Positions 1-9,220 of a DNA stretch of 64,000 bases are shown one piece after another. Every line of letters starts with the position of its first letter. Positions within the stretch are counted from its first letter, which is position 1. The notes beneath the pieces were generated by a model that was given only the letters and a program-made list of their open reading frames with translations, had not been told where the DNA came from and did no database searches. A program made the translations under genes and the position numbers. The stretch is from contig OZ243038.1 of the NCBI GenBank assembly GCA_965212005.1, positions 1,601,440 to 1,665,439 of the forward strand. Direction: 5' to 3'. The stretch is from Candidatus Porifericomitaceae bacterium. Its GTDB lineage: Bacteria; Pseudomonadota; Gammaproteobacteria; Porifericomitales; Porifericomitaceae.

Positions 1-1093
1 AGGTTTCATGTGTGGTAAAGACAAGTTGTGCATTCTTGGGATTGGTTTTTTGGTTATTGAAGAGACGCACCAAATACTCTACTAATTTTGGATGCAAGTT
101 ATCGTGCAGTTCGTCAATGCAAAGCACATGGCCTTTTTCCAGGATGTCAATCCAAGGGCCTGCAAGGAAGAACATTTTCTGTGTGCCATCTGATTCATCT
201 TTAATATCAAAAGTAACAGGCTTTCCATCAGTCCCTTTATGAACCATTGTTATCCTGTCAATCGTTTGTTTTTCTGCTGCATTGAGCAGGGTTTGCTTGA
301 CGTCCTTGGACAGGTCCGGATGTGGGTTTGTCGCCATTAAGGGTTGTTTGAAATTTTCTTTTCTCACGAGGACGTCGTCAATATTCAAATCTGCTTTTTT
401 GAGAAAATCCAGAATTCTCTTCTTATCTTTATCTTCACAGAAACGAGCGCTGAAGTTATTGTGCCACGAGTCAGAAATCGCAAGGCATAGGATATTTCTG
501 AACCAGTCATACACGGGCTGTAGTTGCCGACTATTGAGTTGTATAGCAGTGGAAAGAAACAGAGCGTTCTCGCGCGTTGCTTTTTGCCAAATAGTTTTTG
601 ATCCGGTTAGCGATGCACCTAAGCTCCACTGGTATTCGTCGTTGTCCCAAACGCGGGTGAACCAACGTTGACGACGTCCTTCAGGGTAGGTATAAAGCCA
701 TTCTTCCATGATGCGCTTCTCTGTTGCTGAAAATCCATACTGATAACGAATTCCTTCCGCGATGAAAATCATCTCAAATTTACTGGGTGCGTTGCGCGAA
801 TCAGGATGTAATTTGAACGGAGTAACATTAAGTGGTTCTCCTCTTGATTTTTCCAAGACAGACCCCTTAACAATCATACTCATCATCAAAAGGGCAAATA
901 GCAGGTTGGTTTTGCCCGCCGCGTTAGGGCCATAGATTGCTGCGGCGGGCAACAATTTTATGTTTGACCCGTCCTTAAGCGGTGCGTCAAAAGTGTTGGT
1001 GTCAATCAACTCCTTGTTTTTGGACGCCACCATGCTGAAAGTCTGTTCGTCCTTTATAGACCCGAAATTGGTGACACTGAACTCAATTAGCAT
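1..1093 (-). CDS. AAA family ATPase (ABC-type, AAA_21/AAA_15-like), N-terminal ~364 aa; 3' end lies beyond window start
   Basis: Manual translation of reverse strand from ATG at 1093-1091: MLIEFSVTNFGSIKDEQTFSMVASKN...LLPAAAIYGPNAAGKTNLLFALLMMS (Walker A GPNAAGKT) ... HVLCIDELHDNLHPKLVEYLVRLF (Walker B plus LHP signature typical of AAA_21 defense ATPases) ... TTHET. Absent from ORF track because no stop codon lies inside the window. Confidence 0.7.
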   Translation of the reverse strand, partial: MLIEFSVTNFGSIKDEQTFSMVASKNKELIDTNTFDAPLKDGSNIKLLPAAAIYGPNAAGKTNLLFALLMMSMIVKGSVLEKSRGEPLNVTPFKLHPDSRNAPSKFEMIFIAEGIRYQYGFSATEKRIMEEWLYTYPEGRRQRWFTRVWDNDEYQWSLGASLTGSKTIWQKATRENALFLSTAIQLNSRQLQPVYDWFRNILCLAISDSWHNNFSARFCEDKDKKRILDFLKKADLNIDDVLVRKENFKQPLMATNPHPDLSKDVKQTLLNAAEKQTIDRITMVHKGTDGKPVTFDIKDESDGTQKMFFLAGPWIDILEKGHVLCIDELHDNLHPKLVEYLVRLFNNQKTNPKNAQLVFTTHET

Positions 1094-1473
1094 GATTACT
1101 ACCTCTTGATTGGTGATAACGGCGAATTTTGCCGTAATTATACAAATAAACAGGTATTTGTTAATTTTAATGTCCATTTTTGGCAATAATTACCAAAAAA
1201 CCGGGTTTCTATTGGTTTTGACCCACTGGACACCCCCCAATTTCCCGCTACATTCCCCCAATGCACACCCCCCCACAGTCCGGCAACTGGTCCATTCTTT
1301 CACGAACGACGGCTTAAGTTGCGAGGCGTGGGTGGCCGGAGGCGCTGGCGGCGGCGGGGCAGGTTGAGGGGGTGTTTGTTCGCATCAATCATGACGTGCT
1401 GGATCAAGCCGCTCACAATTGATCGCGTGCGTGCGGCTATACGCTTTATGGACATTTCCTGTATCTGAAACAC

Positions 1474-2232
1474 TTGCTTGGCGACGCGCCAGAGGTCGGG
1501 TTCTACCTCGACCAGGACTCCGGCATGCGCGCCGCGTGCTTGTCGATCTGGGCGGATCAGATCAAGGAAGGCCGGGCGCATGCGTTCTACTTGCGCTACA
1601 ACAAGAATCTAACCGTCGATCAGAAAAAGGCGCGCACGCAGGGGCGGATCTCAGCAAAAATGAAGCAGCGACCGCAGGATTGGCAGCACTTGCGCGAAGC
1701 CATGCGGCAGGCGAGCCGAGACGGGGTGCCGAAGGGGCCGTGGAAGGATCGCTGGGTGTGCCATCCGCATACCAGCATGTTTGAACCGGAAAAAGAACTC
1801 GCGGCGCTAACGCCGATCCCAGGGCGCAATGAGGATGAACAGGCGGATCGGCATCTGAGTGCTTCCCTGCATGGCGTGAGCCGTTTCTTTATGCAAGTAC
1901 GGCGCATGCTGAGCCTGTTTGAGCGCCCCCATGTGACCGGGAACCAGAATCCCCAGAATCAGCGCTATGTCTACAGTGCTTATGCGCCGTATAGCCCGAC
2001 CGTGGCAATCCAAATGTTGGACATATTCCGAGGCTATTACAACTACTGCAAGCCCAGCGCGGACGGCGCCACGCCGGCCATGCGCCTGGGACTCGCCGAC
2101 CACGTGCTTGGGGTTGAGGAAGTGTTGGGAGCCGAGGCGCCAGAGCCTCCGGTTCGCAGACGGCACCCCCGACCGCCGGAGCCGGAGCCTGCCGACGAAG
2201 CGGGGGAAGAGGTGGAGGAGCTTTGTCCCTAG
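1474..2232 (+). CDS. hypothetical protein, weak TTG start; possibly a mobile-element-derived remnant
   Basis: 252-aa ORF with no in-frame ATG upstream (frame opens at a TGA at 1420); no recognisable domain; sits between a defense-type ATPase and a repeat gene. Confidence 0.3.
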   Translation: MLGDAPEVGFYLDQDSGMRAACLSIWADQIKEGRAHAFYLRYNKNLTVDQKKARTQGRISAKMKQRPQDWQHLREAMRQASRDGVPKGPWKDRWVCHPHTSMFEPEKELAALTPIPGRNEDEQADRHLSASLHGVSRFFMQVRRMLSLFERPHVTGNQNPQNQRYVYSAYAPYSPTVAIQMLDIFRGYYNYCKPSADGATPAMRLGLADHVLGVEEVLGAEAPEPPVRRRHPRPPEPEPADEAGEEVEELCP

Positions 2233-2440
2233 TTGCCGTCCCTGGATTTGATTTTGCCACCGTATCGTTATGCTCCTGTATAACTGATGCAGTGCAGTGG
2301 GATCTCTTTTCGGGATCCCCGCTGAATACAATACCTGTTAAAGCCCGCTACGGGGTAGCTCCTTGTGGATTGACTCAACGCACCAGGCGATGGCGGGCTA
2401 TATGCTGGTGGACACCCTGATCGCCTATCCAGAGCAGTGG

Positions 2441-2492
2441 GTTCATTCTGCCGGCACAGGTCGCACTGGCTCTTTGAGGGCCCCGGCATCTG
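2441..2492. repeat. 52-bp direct repeat, copy 1 (partner at 4148-4199, ~85% identity), flanking the TPR gene
   Basis: ccagagcagtgggttcattctgccggcacaggtcgcactggctctttgagggcc vs gcagagcagtggtttcgttctgtcggcacagatcgcaccggctctttagaggcc, same orientation. Confidence 0.75.
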
Positions 2493-2637
2493 CCCGCTTT
2501 TCCGCCGGGCCTCCTCGGGCCCGTCTGATAGGAGTGCGCCCGTCCCGGCCTACCCTACGGAACCCTCGTTTCAGGCATCCCCTGCCGTTTCCCCTGCGGA
2601 TACCGTCTTATGTAGCCCAGGGCGCTTTGGATTACCG

Positions 2638-4020
2638 CTATTGTGATATGCCTCGGCGTATTGATGGGTCAATGGCGATCGCCTTGTCGTAATCCGCTAT
2701 CGCTCCTTGATGGTCGCCCAGGAGATACTTTGTACCTCCGCGATTGTTATATGCCTCGGCATATTGAGGGTTAATGGCGATCGCCTTGTCATAATCCGCT
2801 ATCGCTCCTTGAGGGTCGCCCAGGGCATCCTTTGTAACTCCGCGATTGTTATATGCATCGAAATATTGAGGGTTAATGGCGATCGCCTTGTCGTAATCCG
2901 CTATCGCTCCTTGATAATCGTCCAGGACATGCTTTGTAGTTCCGCGACCATAATATGCCTTCGCATCTTGAGGGTTAATGGCTATCACCTTGTCATAATC
3001 TGCTATCGCTCCTTGAGGGTCGCCCAGGAGATACTTTGTACTTCCGCGATTACCATATGCCTCGGCATATTGAGGGTTGATGGCGATCGCCTGGTCGTAA
3101 TCCGCTATCGCTCCTTCACGGTCGCCCAGGGCATCCTTTGTAAGTCCGCGATTACCATATGCCTCGGCAAATTGAGGGTTGATGGCGATCGCCTTGTCGT
3201 AATCCGCTATCGCTCCTTGAGGGTCGCCCAGGAGATACTTTGTACCTCCGCGATTGTAATATGTTTCGGCATTTTGAGGGTTAATGGCTATCGCCTTGTC
3301 ATAATCCGCTATAGCTCCTTGACGATCGCCCAAGGCATCCTTCGCAACTCCGCGATTGTAATATGCTTCGGCATCTTGAGGGTTAATGGCTATCGCCTTG
3401 TCGTAATCCGCTATCGCTCCTTGACGGTCGCCCAGCGCATCCTTTGCAAGTCCGCGATTGTTATATGCTTCGTCATCTTGAGGGTTAATGGCTATCACCT
3501 TGTCATAATCCGCTATCGCTCCTTGATGGTCGCCCAGGGTATCCTTTGCAACTCCGCGATTGTAATATGCATAGGCAAATTGAGGGTTAATGGCTATCGC
3601 CTTGTCATAATCCGCTATCGCTCCTTGATGGTCGCCCAGGGTATCCTTTGCAACTCCGCGATTGTAATATGCATAGGCAAATTGAGGGTTAATGGCTATC
3701 GCCTGGTCGTAATCCGCTATCGCTCCTTGATGGTCGCCCAGGGCATGCTTTGCACCTCCGCGATTGAAATATGCCTCGGCATCTTGAGGGTTAATGGCTA
3801 TCGCTTGGTCGTAATCCGCTATCGCTCCTTGATGGTCGTCCCGATACTTGTAGACGTCGGTAGCCAGCGAGGGGATGGGTATCAACGCGGGCAGGCTCGA
3901 CAGCAGGCAGGACAGCAGGCAGCACACGGCGCGACGGGCGCGCCCCGTCAACGGATGTCGGCACTGGGCCGGGCTGACGGCGGATACCGCCCCTGCTGGC
4001 TTGTTCGTCGATTTTGCCAC
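2638..4020 (-). CDS. secreted tetratricopeptide (TPR) repeat protein with ~12 near-identical 34-aa units
   Basis: 460-aa ORF; N-terminal hydrophobic signal-like segment (AVCCLLSCLLSSLPALIPIPSLA); repeated unit HQGAIADYDKAIAINPQ(Y/F)AEAY(N/Y)NRG(V/G)xKDxLGD is the TPR consensus (A-x3-Y-x2-A-x7-A-Y-x-N-R-G). Confidence 0.8.
   Translation of the reverse strand: MAKSTNKPAGAVSAVSPAQCRHPLTGRARRAVCCLLSCLLSSLPALIPIPSLATDVYKYRDDHQGAIADYDQAIAINPQDAEAYFNRGGAKHALGDHQGAIADYDQAIAINPQFAYAYYNRGVAKDTLGDHQGAIADYDKAIAINPQFAYAYYNRGVAKDTLGDHQGAIADYDKVIAINPQDDEAYNNRGLAKDALGDRQGAIADYDKAIAINPQDAEAYYNRGVAKDALGDRQGAIADYDKAIAINPQNAETYYNRGGTKYLLGDPQGAIADYDKAIAINPQFAEAYGNRGLTKDALGDREGAIADYDQAIAINPQYAEAYGNRGSTKYLLGDPQGAIADYDKVIAINPQDAKAYYGRGTTKHVLDDYQGAIADYDKAIAINPQYFDAYNNRGVTKDALGDPQGAIADYDKAIAINPQYAEAYNNRGGTKYLLGDHQGAIADYDKAIAIDPSIRRGISQ
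2650..3850. repeat. tandem 102-bp coding repeat array (~12 units) inside the TPR gene
   Basis: Period of 102 bp seen directly (e.g. ...aatggcgatcgccttgtcgtaatccgctatcgctcc... recurring at 2671, 2773, 2875 ...); produces a mirror ORF on the opposite strand. Confidence 0.9.
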
Positions 4021-4147
4021 CGTGGCACTCCTTTTCTTCCCGCTGCGTTGACCTTAAAGATAGCCCCAAAAACAAGCAAAGTATAGTGCGTAAGCTGGCA
4101 CCGGCACGGGTCTTGGCACCAGTCCCGCAGCTGCCGACAGATCAGCT

Positions 4148-4199
4148 TCGTTGCAGAGCAGTGGTTTCGTTCTGTCGGCACAGATCGCACCGGCTCTTT
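4148..4199. repeat. 52-bp direct repeat, copy 2 (partner at 2441-2492)
   Basis: See copy 1; the two copies bracket the TPR gene. Confidence 0.75.
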
Positions 4200-4355
4200 A
4201 GAGGCCAAGTCCCCCATGACGAGGGAACTCCAAGCTTTCTCTGTCTGTGCCGGGGTCGCACTAGCGGGTTTCTAAGATTTGATCCGGCGCGACGAGATAA
4301 GTATTTATTTTTTAACATTTTCTATTTCGCAGATTGTTTTCAAAAAAAACCATAA

Positions 4356-4856
4356 CCGGCTTACAAGAAACCAGGGCGTTTCGGCCGATACGTCCGCCGT
4401 CCGGCGATTTCGGAAAAGCGGCTTTCGTTAACGTCGAACGGCAACATCCGCTATCCGCTGAAGACGCCTTATCGAGATGGCACTACTCACGTCATCTTCG
4501 AGCCGCCGGCTTTCATGGCTCGGCTGGCTGCCCTGGTGCCGAAGCCCAGGGTTGACCTGACTCGATTCCACATCACCCACTGCCGGACTTATCCGAAGCC
4601 ACCCATGAATGCTCGCTGCGAGCGCTTCAGCCGCACTGCGTCATTCGTTGACTGTCACGAGGGGCTGTGCTGTTCACCGATGTCGCTGCTTGCAACCGAA
4701 AACTCGCCGACTGGCCGGTGTTGTGCAACATCACACGACCCCCTGGTGCTGCGGTCTCCCGTACAATCCTCACTGATCAACCACGCGGCGTGCCATATTG
4801 CGGAAGAGGCAAACCAAAAGCTCATGCGCGCCAAAATTCCGGGCGGCGAATAAAAA
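4356..4856 (+). pseudogene. IS91-family (Y2 HUH-type) transposase, C-terminal remnant, 5'-truncated and degenerate
   Basis: Frame-3 translation GRFGRYVRRPAISEKRLSLTSNGNIRYPLKTPYRDGTTHVIFEPPAFMARLAALVPKPRVDLTRFH matches the conserved Y2-transposase C-terminal block (YLGRYxHRVAISNxRL ... VtFryKd.rdG ... eFirRL..hvLPkgfhRiRhYG). Frame opens just after a TAA at 4353 with AT-rich sequence upstream and no N-terminal HUH domain. Confidence 0.45.
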
Positions 4857-4993
4857 CAAGCCGCCCGTCCGTATTGTTTGCCATTGCCACGGCGCACGTT
4901 GTTCGTGCCGGCGCCTTGACGTCCGCTCCAACACCACCCGGTTCAGCCCGGTTTTACTTAAGCCGCTGAGTTCATTGCAGTTGTGACGGCTTA

Positions 4994-5284
4994 CTATATG
5001 ACAGCCTGGATATGCCGGATGAGAGAGGTGCTATTCACAAATGTCAAATCATACGTGCTCGTCATACCTTGCGCGAGGTCTTTCCTCAGGCCGAATGCGC
5101 AAACAACAAACTGATTTTTATTAATACGCAGCTGTTTCCTTAATGACAAATATTTATCAATATCCTGGCGAAATTCTCCTGATTTGCATTCTATGCAAAT
5201 GGGAACATTCTTTTCCGTTAATAAAAATAAATCAATCTCATTGGTATCACACGTTAGTGAACTTAATTTCCATGGATCTGGCAC
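4994..5284 (-). CDS. PD-(D/E)xK nuclease-motif protein (or C-terminal part of a frameshifted larger gene)
   Basis: 96 aa; EIDLFLLTEKNVPICIECKSGEF gives the canonical hhhD-x14-hhhExK spacing; low-GC (~40%) islet; overlaps the upstream ORF by 38 nt in another frame. Confidence 0.4.
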   Translation of the reverse strand: MPDPWKLSSLTCDTNEIDLFLLTEKNVPICIECKSGEFRQDIDKYLSLRKQLRINKNQFVVCAFGLRKDLAQGMTSTYDLTFVNSTSLIRHIQAVI

Positions 5285-6047
5285 ATGCAGGGGCTATTTT
5301 TTGTTCACGAAAAAATTCTAATAACTTCATTAATATAAACCACTCCATCCATTTGCCGTTAAAAAAAGCTTTAATTACGGGAGCTTTTTGTAGTGTGAGC
5401 CAAATAACTTTATCCTTCTTCTTATGGTCATATCTTGCGACGAATGAATAATCATAAAGCGCTTTGCAAAAGGATATTATTTGATTAATTTCTTTGGATT
5501 CTTTTGCTGCCAGTTCAATTTTGACATTGGTGTAACCTTTATTCTGTACATATTTTATTTGGTTACTCACATTACTGAGCACAGTAAAATTATTACCCAG
5601 CGACAGCGCTATTTCATCAAAAAAGCCGGTTGTATCCGCAGTATCCGGGTTGACATTAGTTTTGATATTGCGTTTTCCAAACCATTGCCGGATGGGCTCC
5701 AGGTTGTTAGTGTGCGTTAAAACATTTGTGTTGTGAATATCAGTTTCTTCAAATGAACTATTTTCAACAGGTTTATTAAGTTCCTTGCACAAGAGATAGG
5801 CTTCATGTATGGTGGAGAATAGCTTAACCCTTTCTATCTCGCCCTTGCCGAATTCGGCTTTTAACTCTCGTTGCCGAACGGGATTCCCACCGAAGCGAAA
5901 TCTTTTTGAGTTACCCGGGTTTTTCACTTTCCATACCCCCCAAGAACGCGGAGAAGTCCAGTTGGGGTTTCTGGGATCAACGCTTAGTGCAGACCAATCC
6001 AGTTCACTCATAGACAAAACCCAAGTTATGCGGCGTATAACGATCAA
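5247..6047 (-). CDS. hypothetical protein in low-GC islet (start probably the internal MSELDW...)
   Basis: 266-aa ORF on minus strand, AT-rich codon usage unlike the surrounding chromosome; no recognised domain. Confidence 0.45.
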   Translation of the reverse strand: MIVIRRITWVLSMSELDWSALSVDPRNPNWTSPRSWGVWKVKNPGNSKRFRFGGNPVRQRELKAEFGKGEIERVKLFSTIHEAYLLCKELNKPVENSSFEETDIHNTNVLTHTNNLEPIRQWFGKRNIKTNVNPDTADTTGFFDEIALSLGNNFTVLSNVSNQIKYVQNKGYTNVKIELAAKESKEINQIISFCKALYDYSFVARYDHKKKDKVIWLTLQKAPVIKAFFNGKWMEWFILMKLLEFFREQKIAPACARSMEIKFTNV

Positions 6048-6137
6048 ACTCAGCGGCGGCGTAGCCGTCCGCTGGAGTGATTTGTTAGGCGATTAATAAA
6101 AAATGGGGTAGCTTTCATCACCCCTACGGTTATTTAC

Positions 6138-6295
6138 TTAACTTTTGGAGGAGCGTTCCCACGCTTGTCGCCGGAAGGCTTCCTAATTTTTTTGGAAGGC
6201 AAGTTGTCGACAGGTCTTGAAGGTCCTCTGTCGCCACCTTTTCCTCTTCCACCGCTTCCTTCTTTGCTTCCGCCAGAACCACTTGATTTAGCCAT
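6138..6295 (-). CDS. small Gly/Lys-rich basic protein (52 aa), speculative
   Basis: Manual reverse translation MAKSSGSGGSKEGSGGRGKGGDRGPSRPVDNLPSKKIRKPSGDKRGNAPPKVK; below the ORF-track size cutoff; low-complexity, so could be spurious. Confidence 0.2.
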
Positions 6296-6572
6296 CAAGC
6301 CATCTCAATGTTAATGCACAGAGTAATAAAGAATTAAACAATCGCTGTGCGTTCAACTGCCCAACTATTAGTAGACAGCCTAGCATACTAAAAAACGCAG
6401 ACAAACACTTCCGTCTGCCAGGCAAGGATTTCTCCGATGAGCGGGTATTCCTCACAGGCGTATCCATTCTTGCGCCATTGGGCGGCATCCTCGACAAGTC
6501 TGTCGGATTGACAATTCCGCCGCGCTTCATTGCCCGGCTTTTAGGCCCGCGTTGGTTCAACGGACACGCGGG

Positions 6573-7472
6573 TTATCCGGGCTCGGTATGCGGTTCGAGC
6601 TCGGCTTGCGGTGGGTCCTCTGCGGGCGCACCGGCAGGGGGGGTCGGTAACTCGATCTCTGCCGGGATCAGGGCGCTGCCTGTGCCCAGGTTGAATCGGT
6701 ATTGTATGCCCATGTCCGGACGAGCCAGGCTCAGATCGGGCGCGTTCGATCGCAAGGCGAATCGGATGCGCTCGGCCTCTCGATTTTCCAGCCATAGATC
6801 GGTGATCGCATCTGCGTCCTCGGGCAAGCGCTCAACCAACGATGCCCGGGCATTGATCCAGGCGCCGGCGGTGCGCAGTCCCTGCTCCGCGGAGATAGTC
6901 TCATCGCCTTGCTCCAGGTTCAGGCGCTGACCTTCGATCTCAATGAAGATCGGATGAAATCCAGCGGGCAGCAGACTGTGATCGGCAAAGAATAATTCTT
7001 GTCCTTGCAGCAGGGGCAGGGTGTGATCCTCGGCCAGGTAGACTTGTCCCTGATGCAGAAAGTAGCGCTGATAATTGAGCACGTTGACCAGGCCAAAGGC
7101 GATCTGATGCTGATCCAGCCAAATCTGAGCACGGGGGTGCTCGAGTCCGTAGACGGCCCAGTCTTTTTCTTCCGCCGGGACCGGAGTGGGTTCGGAATAG
7201 AGCAGATCATTCAGCATGCGCTCGATGCGGAAGCTGTCGGCGGGCAGATCCATCGGGCTGATCATGCGCCAGCTTTGTCCCTGCCGCTGGATTTCGATGG
7301 CAGCAATCCCAGGCCGATGAATGCGGATGCGCTGCATCGGGTGCTCGTCTGGTTTCAGCCAGGATTCAGTACGGCCCTGCTGATCCACGCGGCGCAGTGT
7401 CTCGATGATTAGCAGGGCCAGCCCTGCGAGCAACAACAGCAAGGCCCAGTTGGCCAGTTGGTACTTGCGCAT
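6573..7472 (-). CDS. DUF4340 domain protein (GldG-associated)
   Basis: 299 aa, N-terminal TM anchor, sits immediately downstream of the GldG-like gene as in conserved ABC-2/GldG operons. Confidence 0.65.
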   Translation of the reverse strand: MRKYQLANWALLLLLAGLALLIIETLRRVDQQGRTESWLKPDEHPMQRIRIHRPGIAAIEIQRQGQSWRMISPMDLPADSFRIERMLNDLLYSEPTPVPAEEKDWAVYGLEHPRAQIWLDQHQIAFGLVNVLNYQRYFLHQGQVYLAEDHTLPLLQGQELFFADHSLLPAGFHPIFIEIEGQRLNLEQGDETISAEQGLRTAGAWINARASLVERLPEDADAITDLWLENREAERIRFALRSNAPDLSLARPDMGIQYRFNLGTGSALIPAEIELPTPPAGAPAEDPPQAELEPHTEPG

Positions 7473-7477
7473 CTGCG

Positions 7478-8989
7478 TTAACGCTTTAATTGCCGGTAGC
7501 GGCGCAGGCGCCAGCCGGCGAAGACCAGTGCCGCCGGCAGCAGGAAGACAAAAAACACACTGTACAGATTCAGCGCTTCCAGCGAGAGATCCAAGCGCGT
7601 GTCTTTAGGCTCGATCTGCGGGATGGAGAGCAGGCCGGTGTTGGTGCTCAGCCAGTCCACCATGCGCAGTCCTAACTCGATGTTGCCGCCGTTTTGCAGG
7701 TAGGTGTTGGAGAGGAAGTCGCCGTCGCCTGCGACGACAACGCGCTGGCGCCGTGGCGCCGCCTGTTGTTCGCCGGCGGAAATGAATGCTTCGGCGTGTC
7801 CGGTGGTATCTTGCCGGTCACTTCCCCCGGCCTGCCCGGTGGTGCTTTTACCGGCTTCCTGGTCGGCACCTGCCGCCGGATCGTGTCCGCTGCTTCTCCC
7901 GGTTTCTTCCAGGACGCGCTCCAGCACTACGGCCAGGTTCAGCGGCCCCTTGCGCTCTGTTTCCGGATCGTATTGCACCGTGCCCAGCAGGGTGCCGGTT
8001 TCCAGCCACGTTCTTTCAGTGGAGAGAATCAGCGCTTGTGCTTCCCAGCCATCGGAAGGTTGCTCAATTTCGATCGCCGTCGCCTCGGCAAACAAGGAGG
8101 TTAACTGCAAGCCGCTCAGCAACGGGTGCCGCTGGTAGGAGACGGGTGGAACGGACACCAGGGTCGGGTCGCCGAGCGAGCCGTCCAGCAGGATGCCCGG
8201 CAACAGGCGTATGCTGAGCCAAGTGGCAATCTGCTCCAGGCCGTATTGCTCACCGGGTTCCGCCAGCCACAGTAAATTACCTCCTTGATCCAGGTATTGC
8301 CGGAGTTCTTCCAGTTCCTCGTCCCGCAGTGCGATGCGCGGCACCGTCAGCACCAGTATTTCCTCCCCGTCTGAGGCGGGGAGCTTTTCTCCCGAATAAT
8401 ACGGCTCGGAGATATACCCCCGACCCTCCAGTAAGCGCCCCCAATCGCCCAGGTCGTGATTGGCTTTACCCGACGGGTTTCGCTCTCCGTGCCCGCTGAG
8501 AAAGCGCAGCTTCAGTCCCCGGCGTGCGATCAACTGTTGCAGGGCGGTGCTGAAATCCCGCTCTGAATACTGGTCTAATGGGCCGTCGCGGGTTTTGCTG
8601 TGCGGTCGCACGTGCTGGGATCGATCCTGGTAACGCACGATAAGCTCGCCGTTGATCTGGATCCCATGCTCGCGCACCTGGTCCGGTGCCGCCAGCGGGT
8701 TGATCTCGCGTAAATGCAGATCTGGCTTGAAGGCTTGATAGCGCTTTACCAGTCGGCGCATCCGCGTTGCTGTGTTGCTGTCCGGCTGGACGTAGGCGGT
8801 TACCTGAAGCGATCCATCCATGCGTGCAAGCAAATCCTGGCTGGCCGGACTTAAGCCGCGCAAATGTTCCGGAGACCAGTCGAGACGGTAATCATAGTGC
8901 AGGCTCAGCCAGGCCAGCAGCCCGGTAGCCGCCGCCAACAGGACGCTAAACAGCGCGTTGTCCCAAATGCCTTTCAGTCTGGTCGGCAT
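7478..8989 (-). CDS. GldG-like ABC-transporter auxiliary component
   Basis: 503 aa with N- and C-terminal TM segments; operon position after the ABC-2 permease. Confidence 0.7.
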   Translation of the reverse strand: MPTRLKGIWDNALFSVLLAAATGLLAWLSLHYDYRLDWSPEHLRGLSPASQDLLARMDGSLQVTAYVQPDSNTATRMRRLVKRYQAFKPDLHLREINPLAAPDQVREHGIQINGELIVRYQDRSQHVRPHSKTRDGPLDQYSERDFSTALQQLIARRGLKLRFLSGHGERNPSGKANHDLGDWGRLLEGRGYISEPYYSGEKLPASDGEEILVLTVPRIALRDEELEELRQYLDQGGNLLWLAEPGEQYGLEQIATWLSIRLLPGILLDGSLGDPTLVSVPPVSYQRHPLLSGLQLTSLFAEATAIEIEQPSDGWEAQALILSTERTWLETGTLLGTVQYDPETERKGPLNLAVVLERVLEETGRSSGHDPAAGADQEAGKSTTGQAGGSDRQDTTGHAEAFISAGEQQAAPRRQRVVVAGDGDFLSNTYLQNGGNIELGLRMVDWLSTNTGLLSIPQIEPKDTRLDLSLEALNLYSVFFVFLLPAALVFAGWRLRRYRQLKR

Positions 8990-9220
8990 CTGTTGCCTCG
9001 CCGTGCACCTGTCTTACTGATGCCTCTTTGCCGTCTGGCGCCGCCGGACGAACGAATGCCGGTTTCCCCGCCATGCCTGTAGTGTGCGCCGGGTGCCTGC
9101 CCGCAGGAGGGAGTCCTCACCGCAGGATCATCGTCCTGGTGCCGTATGCAGCACATGCCTGGGATTACTTCCCGCTCGTTACGCACTACCCGCTCCCGCA
9201 ACATCATCGCTTTGCGCCGC

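Noticed and set aside
2707-4086. 459-aa ORF on the plus strand
   Set aside because: Mirror-image ORF generated by the 102-bp tandem repeats of the minus-strand TPR gene; its repetitive low-complexity translation and full overlap make it an artefact.
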